The notes under the pieces: model-generated
The model's input: only the letters and a program-made list of their open reading frames with translations
Database searches by the model: none
What the model was told of the DNA's origin: nothing
Assembly (NCBI GenBank): GCA_963701855.1
Contig: CAVPBK010000005.1
Span: 279,729-343,728 of the forward strand
Source: Nitrospirota bacterium
Lineage (GTDB): Bacteria > Nitrospirota > Nitrospiria > Nitrospirales > Nitrospiraceae
Reading direction: 5' to 3'
DNA: 64,000 bases
Shown here: one piece after another, positions 18,451 to 26,125 of the stretch
How positions within the stretch are numbered: position 1 is the first letter of the stretch
How the letters are laid out: every line of letters starts with the position of its first letter
Position numbers and translations under genes: made by a program

Positions 18451-21400
18451 ATGAAGCTGTCAGAGACATCAATCCATCGCCCTGTGTTTGCCATCGTACT
18501 GACGCTGTTGCTGGTCCTGTTCGGTGGGCTGAGCTTCACGCGTCTTTCCGTGCACGAATATCCCGATATCAAACCTCCGATTGTCTCGGTACGCACGGTG
18601 TACCTTGGAGCCAGTGCGTCCGTGATCGAAACGGATGTGACCACTCCCATCGAGGATGCGCTCAGCGGGATACAGGGGCTGAGAACCATCACGTCTGCGA
18701 GTCGGGAAGAAGCCTCATCGGTGACCCTGGAGTTCGATCTGGGTCGTGATTTGGACGGCGCTACAAACGACGTACGGGATCGAGTCGCATTGACTCGCGC
18801 GCTGTTGCCGCTGGGGATTCAAGAGCCCATCGTATCTAAGGCCGCATCGGACAATACCGAAGTGATGTGGATGGCGCTGTCCAGCGTCCGTCATTCAGAA
18901 TTGGAACTTTCGGATGTCGCCGATCGTTTTATCAAAGTCCGCATGGCCATGGTTTCGGGAGTTTCGAGCGCGTATTTGGACGGGGAACGTCGGTACGCGA
19001 TGCGAATATGGTTGGACCCCGATCGTCTCGCTGCACGCCGCTTAACCGTCCAGGATGTCGAAGAGGCGATTCGAAACCAGAATGCTTCGATCCCTGCGGG
19101 ACGGATCGAAAGCGATCAAATGGAATTCGGCGTATCGCTCAGGGGGACGTTGCATACCCCGGAGCAATTCGAGCAACTTATCATTGCCACCCGCGAAGGC
19201 TATCCCGTTCGGTTACGCGATGTCGCTCGAGTCGAACTCGGAGCTGAAGATTCCCGCAAGCTCGGCCGTCTGAACGGTACCTCGTCGATCGGCATCGGCG
19301 TCTCGAAGCAATCCAAAGCCAATCCCTTGGCCGTCGCCCGCACGCTCAAAGAGCAGCTCCCTGGCATTGCCGCCGGTTTGCCGGAAGGGATGAACCTGAC
19401 AATTGCCTGGGATAGTTCGACTCCGATCGAACGGTCGTTGCACGAGGTCTATGTGGCGTTGGGGCTGTCGCTGGTGCTTGTCGTGGTCGTGATTTTTGGC
19501 TTTTTGGGCAACGCCAGGGCCACGCTTGTGCCGGCCGTTGCGATTCCTGCTTCGATCATCGGGACCTTCACGGTCATGGCCGTCACGGGGTGCTCTCTGA
19601 ACGTGCTGACGTTACTCGGACTCGTTCTGGCTGTGGGGTTGGTGGTCGATGATGCCATCATCGTGCTTGAAAATATCCATCGACGGATTGCCGACGGGAT
19701 GCCGCCATTGCAGGCGGCTGCCGAAGGCACGAAAGAAATTTCGTTTGCTGTAGTGGCGACGACGATCTCACTCGTGACCGTGTTCGTCCCGATCACGTTT
19801 CTAAGCGGCCTCGTTGGGCGCCTCTTTGCCGAATTGGCCATCGCGGTGGCCTCGGCCGTGCTGCTGTCCGGTTTTGTCGCGCTGACGCTGACGCCGATGA
19901 TGTGCGGATACTTGCTTCGTCCTGAAACGAAGCAGTCGACCTGGAACCGGTTGGCTGCGCGAGCGTCGGAGCGTCTCGCCGCCGTCTATCGGCGCGCACT
20001 GGTATGGACCATGGAGGCGAAGGTCATGGTCGTGATCTTGGCCATAGGCGCGAGTCTGGGAAGTTTGGTTGTCCTGAAACATCTGCCGTCCGAACTGGCC
20101 CCGCATGAAGACGCAGGATGGTTCTCAGGGTTTCTCACGGCTCCACAAGGCGCGACCATTCGCTACACCGACACCTATGCCCGAGAGTTGGAATCGTTAA
20201 TCCAATCCGTTCCGGAGGTCTCGATGCTCTATACGGTTGTGGCGCGAGGAGAGCGCCCTACGATCGTCAATCGGGCTGCGAGTTGGGTGACGCTACGGGA
20301 TTGGAATGATCGGACTAGGAGCCAACAGGAGATTGTCGCTGCACTGAATCGAGATCTTGGCAGACTGACCGGCGTAAAGGCGTATTTGCTGAATCCATCT
20401 CCCATCGAAGAATGGTCGGAGAAAACTCCCGTACAGTTCGTGATTGGGGGCTTGGAGTATCAGGAGTTGCAAAAGGTTGCCGAAGGGTTGCTTGCGAAGC
20501 TGGCGGCTCATCCGGGATTTGTAACGCCGGATATGGACTTAGCGCAGAATACTCCGCATGTCGTCGTTGATACGCATCGGGAGAAAGCCGCGGACCTTGG
20601 GGTATCGGTTGTCACCATCGGGCGTACGCTTCAAACGTTGCTCAGCGGGAGTCCGGTCAACACATTCGCGCGAAACGGGCGCCAGTATAACGTGATCGTC
20701 AAGGTCGACGATCAACGTCGCGAAAAGCCGTCCGACATCAGCGCGCTCTATGTGAGAGGGAAAGAAGGAGTATTGGCTCAGCTGAGCAATCTCGTGACCG
20801 TGCGGGAGGAGCCCGCGCCCGAATCATTGCATCATGTCGATCGTATGCGCGCGGTGACGATCAGCGCAGGGTTGACTGAGGGGTTTACCCTCGGGCAAGC
20901 GTTAGCCTATCTCGATCAAACGGTTCACGAGATGCTCCTTCCGAACATGCGGACAAGCTACGCGGGAGAATCGAAAACCTTCGTGGAAAGCAATGCGAAT
21001 CTGTACATGACCTTCGCACTTGCGCTGGCGGTGATCTTTCTAGTTCTCTCCGCCCAATTCGAAAGTTTCCGGCATCCCTTCACGATTCTCTTGGCAGTGC
21101 CTCCGGCTGTCTCAGGAGCGGTACTCGCGCTGACTATTACTCGAGGCACACTGACGATCTATAGCCAAATCGGGTTGGTGATCTTGATCGGACTTGCCAC
21201 GAAGAACGCCATTTTGATCGTGGAGTTTGCCAATCAACTTCGGGATCGAGGCGTGGATCTGGTGGATGCCGTGATCGAGGCAGCGACATTGCGGCTGCGA
21301 CCGATTCTCATGACAACCTGCGCCACGATTCTGGGCACCCTTCCGCTTGTGTTCGCGACCGGCGCCGGCGCTGCCAGCCGACGACAAATTGGAATCGTGT

Positions 21401-21513
21401 TGGTTGGGGGGCTGGTCGTTTCGACCCTGGTCACGCTTTTTCTCGTTCCGGCTGCGTATGCGATCCTGTCAAGCCGTAGAGAGAGACCGAAACTTCCGCA
21501 ATCATTGAATTAG
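18451..21513 (+). CDS. RND efflux permease (AcrB/AcrD/AcrF family)
   Basis: 1020 aa; intact proton-relay motifs VVDDAIIVLENI, TKNAILIVEFA, RLRPILMTT. Confidence 0.95.
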   Translation: MKLSETSIHRPVFAIVLTLLLVLFGGLSFTRLSVHEYPDIKPPIVSVRTVYLGASASVIETDVTTPIEDALSGIQGLRTITSASREEASSVTLEFDLGRDLDGATNDVRDRVALTRALLPLGIQEPIVSKAASDNTEVMWMALSSVRHSELELSDVADRFIKVRMAMVSGVSSAYLDGERRYAMRIWLDPDRLAARRLTVQDVEEAIRNQNASIPAGRIESDQMEFGVSLRGTLHTPEQFEQLIIATREGYPVRLRDVARVELGAEDSRKLGRLNGTSSIGIGVSKQSKANPLAVARTLKEQLPGIAAGLPEGMNLTIAWDSSTPIERSLHEVYVALGLSLVLVVVVIFGFLGNARATLVPAVAIPASIIGTFTVMAVTGCSLNVLTLLGLVLAVGLVVDDAIIVLENIHRRIADGMPPLQAAAEGTKEISFAVVATTISLVTVFVPITFLSGLVGRLFAELAIAVASAVLLSGFVALTLTPMMCGYLLRPETKQSTWNRLAARASERLAAVYRRALVWTMEAKVMVVILAIGASLGSLVVLKHLPSELAPHEDAGWFSGFLTAPQGATIRYTDTYARELESLIQSVPEVSMLYTVVARGERPTIVNRAASWVTLRDWNDRTRSQQEIVAALNRDLGRLTGVKAYLLNPSPIEEWSEKTPVQFVIGGLEYQELQKVAEGLLAKLAAHPGFVTPDMDLAQNTPHVVVDTHREKAADLGVSVVTIGRTLQTLLSGSPVNTFARNGRQYNVIVKVDDQRREKPSDISALYVRGKEGVLAQLSNLVTVREEPAPESLHHVDRMRAVTISAGLTEGFTLGQALAYLDQTVHEMLLPNMRTSYAGESKTFVESNANLYMTFALALAVIFLVLSAQFESFRHPFTILLAVPPAVSGAVLALTITRGTLTIYSQIGLVILIGLATKNAILIVEFANQLRDRGVDLVDAVIEAATLRLRPILMTTCATILGTLPLVFATGAGAASRRQIGIVLVGGLVVSTLVTLFLVPAAYAILSSRRERPKLPQSLN

Positions 21514-21596
21514 CCAAATCGACATCGTGAAGGATACGGACGGAGCTATCGAGCTTCGTCACTTCGGTCAGATGTTACGAAAACTCGCATTTGAAT

Positions 21597-21623
21597 GCCC
21601 CGCCCGGAAGGGCGGGGTTCTTT
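21597..21623 (+). terminator. Intrinsic terminator after the RND operon
   Basis: GCCCCGCCC-GGAA-GGGCGGGGT followed by TCTTT. Confidence 0.75.
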
Positions 21624-21724
21624 ACTCACCCGCGGTACTTACGAGGCCTCGCGAATCCCCACTTGGTTTTTCAGTTTCTTCCAGCAATCCGTAAAATAAA
21701 TAAGTTGTGTGGGCGGTATAGGGC

Positions 21725-21759
21725 TTGCCATGCAAATTATTATATGATATTGTTTCTCA
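21725..21759 (+). promoter_or_regulatory. Sigma70 promoter overlapped by a Fur-like box
   Basis: TTGCCA-17 nt-TATTGT with TG extension; TGATATT-G-TTTCTCA at 21745-21759 matches 11/14 of the Fur consensus; upstream of bfd. Confidence 0.65.
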
Positions 21760-21805
21760 ATATCAGACAGTGCAACGCTCTTCCGAGCGCCGATACATAG
21801 CAGCT

Positions 21806-21866
21806 GAGGCCAGAGTCATTCAGGACGGAGCCCAAGGTCATCGCAAGTGGCCGTGGGCTTTTTTAT
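21806..21866 (+). promoter_or_regulatory. Leader attenuator element L3
   Basis: GAGGCC-AGAGTC..GGAGCCCA; stem AGCCCAaGGTCA..TGGCCgTGGGCT followed by T6AT, the same tail as L1. Confidence 0.78.
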
Positions 21867-21958
21867 TGGTGCAGGGACAAGAAGATTCCGGAATCTGTGG
21901 GACTGATGCGAGGCAAACGAGATCATCGGATAGACCCAATTCAGGGAGGGCTCAGCGG

Positions 21959-22139
21959 ATGTATATCTGTCTGTGCAAAGGGATCAAGAAGGATGAGCTC
22001 TGTGAAATCGTGGCACGGCATCGGGCTGTCCTCAAGCAGTGAAATCAGCCATGGGGCGGGATGAGTCTTTTGCGGTCGATGCGAGCAGAAATTGGAATCC
22101 ATGATTTATCACGTTTCAGCAAGTCTGCTGAACGATTGA
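21959..22139 (+). pseudogene. bfd: Bacterioferritin-associated ferredoxin with two single-base deletions
   Basis: MYICLCKGI start; adding one base near 22023 and one near 22069 gives a 60-aa protein with CxC..MG..CGRC. Confidence 0.75.
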
Positions 22140-22153
22140 ATAAGGAGCTGAAG

Positions 22154-22351
22154 GTGGCTCAACAGATGAAAGGATGGGCGATGACTGGATCGTGTCGGAA
22201 GTGCGGTGGTTTCCTGATCGTGGAGCGAGTGCTCGATTACCATAGCTCGACGGACGGTATGAAATGCATCAACTGTGGGTGGCGCCGCCGGGATGTTCAG
22301 CCGTCTTTCGGTCCCCCAGATGGCGTGAGGAATCGGGGCGCGCGCAAGTGA
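22154..22351 (+). CDS. Small CxxC..CxxC zinc-ribbon protein (start GTG 22154 or ATG 22181)
   Basis: CRKCGGFLIVE..MKCINCGW; SD AAGGAG before the GTG. Confidence 0.65.
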   Translation: MAQQMKGWAMTGSCRKCGGFLIVERVLDYHSSTDGMKCINCGWRRRDVQPSFGPPDGVRNRGARK

Positions 22352-22375
22352 CCTTTTCAGCAAAGGAGAACCGAG

Positions 22376-22885
22376 ATGAAACGAAACGGGATGCACGCAT
22401 TGGACTTTCATGGTACGGCGCTGGTCGGAGGAGACCTCACCTATTTGAATGGCACGCGTTATATGAATCGGGTCGTGGCGCTCTGTTTTTTGCCCTACGT
22501 CAGCCTTCTTTCGGCCGGCGAGATCGACCGGCATGCTGCGCGCTTCGACAAGGTCGGCGCAACCCTTCTGATCGTTAGCTCAAGTGCACGCCCCCTGCAT
22601 CGATTGTGGATCGGGCATCGGGACAAGCCGAACACGCCGGTTTTAGAGGATCTCTGTTGCCGGCTCCATCGGTTATTCGGCGTGCCGGGAAGAATGCGGT
22701 CGGCACGCTGCCACACATTCATGATCGACCGGAAGGGCATTCTCCGGTTACGTGTCGCGCATGATTTTGTCGATCGAGACATGGAGATGCTTCGTAAGAT
22801 TGTCAGATTAACCGACCTCCGCAGGGCCAACGCGGAGCCCGATCACGAGGTGATTCCGAACAAGGCGGACTATGTGTCCGTGTAA
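22376..22885 (+). CDS. AhpC/TSA peroxiredoxin-like protein lacking the peroxidatic motif
   Basis: Aligns by eye with AhpC (ALDFHGTALVGG, HRLWI, PVLED, TFMIDRKGILR) but PxxxTxxC is absent. Confidence 0.7.
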   Translation: MKRNGMHALDFHGTALVGGDLTYLNGTRYMNRVVALCFLPYVSLLSAGEIDRHAARFDKVGATLLIVSSSARPLHRLWIGHRDKPNTPVLEDLCCRLHRLFGVPGRMRSARCHTFMIDRKGILRLRVAHDFVDRDMEMLRKIVRLTDLRRANAEPDHEVIPNKADYVSV

Positions 22886-22933
22886 ATCAAATCATTTGTC
22901 AGGGGAATCTATTACATCAAGGAGACGTGAACC

Positions 22934-23152
22934 ATGGAAAATGTTCTATCAAGTGAGATGCAATCGAAGGTGGCGTTCTGCGGATGCGGGAAGCGCCTCT
23001 TTACCTATGGCCCTCTGACGCTACATTTCGACAGAGTCGAGTTTTTGGCGTTTGCGGATTCGGTTGGCCGACTTGGGGCACTCGTCAGACAAGCCGCCAA
23101 AGATTCGTCAACCGTATCGAGGCATGTTACCAACGCTGCCGGCTGCCACTAG
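22934..23152 (+). CDS. Small hypothetical protein with a CxC motif
   Basis: SD AAGGAG; FCGCGKRLFTYGPLTLHFDRVEF. Confidence 0.65.
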   Translation: MENVLSSEMQSKVAFCGCGKRLFTYGPLTLHFDRVEFLAFADSVGRLGALVRQAAKDSSTVSRHVTNAAGCH

Positions 23153-23394
23153 GCGGGAAGCTGGGTCATGAAACTCCGTCACCGTCCGAGCTGTCAGTGG
23201 CACAGCCGACTCCAAAATGGAGCCTTCTGGACTTGCGAGTGTGTCGGTATGCGATCACGCAGAAGGTGGTACTGATCGACGAGGCCAGGGCCGAAGCCGG
23301 TCCGACAACGGCATTCGACGCGTCTTCGTTAAGAGAGACACGTAACGTTAGATGTATGTGGTGCTTTAATCCGAATCATGGGGAGGCGTAAGCC

Positions 23395-23913
23395 ATGACG
23401 AAGATAGTTTGCAAGAAGTGCGGTCAATCAAGATATGTGAAGAGCGGGACCATACGAGGCCACCAGAGATATCTGTGCCAGGACTGTGGCTGCCATTTCA
23501 CGGCGACGGCGGTGCGGGGCAAGCCGCCCGCGATGAAGGCGCTGGCGGTGTTGCTCTACGCAATGGGAAACGCCAGTCACGAAATGATCGCGCAGCTGCT
23601 AGGCGTCAGCCCAGTCGCTGTGTACAAGTGGATATGCAACAAAGCGCAAAAGCTGCCGAAGCCGTCTGCAAGAGCTTCCGATGGAACGGTGCGCATCGAT
23701 AAGATGCGGCACTTTGTTGATGGGGGGAAAACAAGGTTTGAGTCTGGAGAGCCTTCAATCCTGTGGGAAGGCGAACCCTGGCCTGGGAGCTGGGTGGCCG
23801 TGATGATGCGTCCTGCCAAAGGCTTCTCGGAAGAAACTGGATCGAAGGAGATCTCTTCCGAGCGGACGACTGGAAGGGTTTCCGATTCCTCATTTCCGCA
23901 AGTCGTGAGTTAG
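23395..23913 (+). mobile_element. Degenerate IS1-family transposase remnant
   Basis: InsA-like CKKC..VKSG..QRYLCQDC plus HTH; the -1 frame after 23722 reads ENKV*VWRAF..TLAWELGGRD (InsB-like) with an internal stop and truncation. Confidence 0.8.
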
Positions 23914-23948
23914 GTGTCCCAATAGAATTGAGTCGAAGGTGGTCGATC

Positions 23949-24173
23949 ATGGGGAGCAGCCGGTCTCGAGGCGATGACGATCTGGCAGTGCTCATCAGCC
24001 TGGCCATTGCAGTTGGAATGCTGATAGGAGCAGTGGCGGCGATTTGGCTATGGGGCGCAATGTCGGAAAGTATGGAAGCGGTCATATCTCTCCACGCCAA
24101 CGGGCTGCCGTATCGATCGTCAGGTCACGACATGATGCCTGAGACCATTGAAGAGCTTCGACAAGCCAAGTGA
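23949..24173 (+). CDS. Possible small membrane protein
   Basis: One strongly hydrophobic segment; no family recognised. Confidence 0.3.
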   Translation: MGSSRSRGDDDLAVLISLAIAVGMLIGAVAAIWLWGAMSESMEAVISLHANGLPYRSSGHDMMPETIEELRQAK

Positions 24174-24435
24174 CGGTGTTAGATCGTCGGCCTGTACAAT
24201 CAATCAACCTTCCTCTCGCGCTCGCTTCCGGCGCCGGGGTAGACGGCCTCCGTCAAATCGGAGCGGCCTCAAATGGAGGGCGTATCGTCTCGACCTTCGT
24301 CTTGTTGTTTCTGGTCCCGGGCGCTATGCGATCTTGTCTGGTCGTAGAGAGATACGAGAATGGCTCGTGCGCGAAGTGATGCATGGGAGGGGCTGCGCGA
24401 TGGAGCTAGCAGAAAAAGAATGAATGCTTGAGAGG

Positions 24436-25494
24436 TTATGCAGGACGTGGGGTGATGGCTTCTGCCAGCTCGCTGAGAAGAGACGCGGTCTCTTCCCAGC
24501 CAAGACAGGCATCGGTGATGGAGACGCCGTGGGCCGGCGCTTTTCCCAGCTGCCAAGTCTGCTTGCCGGGATTCAGGTTGCTTTCGAGCATGAGTCCCAT
24601 AATAGAGTGACGGCCGTCGCGGAATTGGCGGAGGACGTCGCGCGCGACCACACCCTGGCGGCGATGATCTTTACCGGAATTGTCGTGCGAACAGTCGATC
24701 ATGATGGGACGGACGATACCCTCACTTGCGACAACAGCTTCCGCGCGAGCTACGTGCTCAGTTTCATAATTGGTTTTCCCGCCGCCGCCACGCAGGACGA
24801 TATGCCTGTCGGGGTTCCCGGTTGTCTTGATGATAGAGGTGAGCCCATCGGCGTTGATGCCGAGAAAATGGTGAGGCTGCTTTGCGGCGACCATCGCATT
24901 CCACGCAACTTCAAGGTTGCCCTCTGTGCCGTTCTTGAAGCCGACCGGCATAGACAGCCCGCTGGCCATTTCACGATGCGGCTGGCTTTCGGTGGTGCGG
25001 GCGCCGATGGCGACCCAACTCCAGAGATCAGCAATGTATTGGGGGGACACCGGGTCCAAGGCTTCAGCTGCGCAGGGGATCCCTCGTTTGTTGATATTGA
25101 GAAGAATCGTTCTCGCGAGTTCCATCCCGGTGGCGATATCGCAGGTACCGTCCAAATGTGGATCGTTGATGAGTCCCTTCCACCCGACCGTGGTGCGGGG
25201 TTTTTCGAAGTAGGTGCGCATGACGATCAGTAGCCGGTCGCGCAACGCATCGGCCACTGGTTTCAGCCGGTCAGCATACTCATAGGCGGCTTCAGGGTCA
25301 TGAATTGAACAGGGCCCGACAATCATCAGCAGGCGCTCACGGTCTTGGCCGTGCAGAATGCGGCGAATGGCATCCCTGGTTTCAACTACGAGCGCAGCGG
25401 TTTGGTCAGTAATCGGCAGTGTTGACTTGACTGCTCGCGGTGAGGGCAGCGGTTTGATTTCAATGACGTGTTGGTTATCGAGCGGTCTCTGCAT
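24436..25494 (-). CDS. 3-deoxy-7-phosphoheptulonate (DAHP) synthase, class I-alpha (AroF/G/H type)
   Basis: VGPCSIHD, YFEKPRTTVGWKGLINDP, AIGARTTESQPHRE, IDCSH, SITDAC. Confidence 0.95.
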   Translation of the reverse strand: MQRPLDNQHVIEIKPLPSPRAVKSTLPITDQTAALVVETRDAIRRILHGQDRERLLMIVGPCSIHDPEAAYEYADRLKPVADALRDRLLIVMRTYFEKPRTTVGWKGLINDPHLDGTCDIATGMELARTILLNINKRGIPCAAEALDPVSPQYIADLWSWVAIGARTTESQPHREMASGLSMPVGFKNGTEGNLEVAWNAMVAAKQPHHFLGINADGLTSIIKTTGNPDRHIVLRGGGGKTNYETEHVARAEAVVASEGIVRPIMIDCSHDNSGKDHRRQGVVARDVLRQFRDGRHSIMGLMLESNLNPGKQTWQLGKAPAHGVSITDACLGWEETASLLSELAEAITPRPA

Positions 25495-25696
25495 GGTCTT
25501 GCCTTTTGCCCGTGAATCGCCTCTGTGGGGTAAGTATAGCTTCGCGGTGGCGATGCGCTCGGATGCGTAAAATATAGCGGATATTAAAGGAAATATCCAC
25601 TGGAGTGGAAGCCGATCGCAGCAAGATGCCTGAATAACGACCTTAAATCCACTGTTTGACAAGTTGCGAACGCCTATGTTACTTAGCTCGCCCGTA

Positions 25697-26032
25697 ATGA
25701 CTCTGCATACTTCCATACGACGTCTGCCCTGCGTTCTTCAGGGCACTATAGCGATCGGCCTTGTCCTACTCTTGCTCGCCATTGCGCCGTTTGCCGTGGC
25801 GCAGGATGTCCATCATGAGTTGGCGGCGGCTGACCATCATGATGGGCACGAGCATTCCGATAACGATCTCTGCCAGTGGTTACAGCATCATACGGCCGGG
25901 TTCTTCGATATCGGCGCTCCTCTCTTCACGGCACAGGAACTCGTCGATCTGCTGGAACTTCCAGCGGACTCCGTTCTGCTTTCCTTCGAACTATCCACGC
26001 CCGGCCCTTCTCGCGCTCCCCCCTGCAAGTAA
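25697..26032 (+). CDS. His-rich uORF with signal/TM segment and C-terminal RAPP motif (DUF2946/CruR-like leader peptide)
   Basis: Hydrophobic N-terminus, HHELAAADHHDGHEH..CQWLQHH, ends PGPSRAPPCK; TTGACA at 25656 upstream; precedes a TonB receptor. Confidence 0.8.
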   Translation: MTLHTSIRRLPCVLQGTIAIGLVLLLLAIAPFAVAQDVHHELAAADHHDGHEHSDNDLCQWLQHHTAGFFDIGAPLFTAQELVDLLELPADSVLLSFELSTPGPSRAPPCK

Positions 26033-26125
26033 TCACGGCATTTCGATTCTCACCATCCTGGCACGGTCGTCGTCGGACTGCCTGCCGGCATGGCGTCTTT
26101 TAATACGTGATTGCAGGAGGATTTC

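Noticed and set aside
21725..21958. N-terminal extension of the ORF ending at 22042
   Set aside because: It runs over the promoter, Fur box and L3; the credible start is the bfd ATG at 21959.
25495..25716. 74-aa N-terminal extension of DAHP synthase
   Set aside because: It overlaps the divergent promoter region; family similarity begins near ATG 25494.
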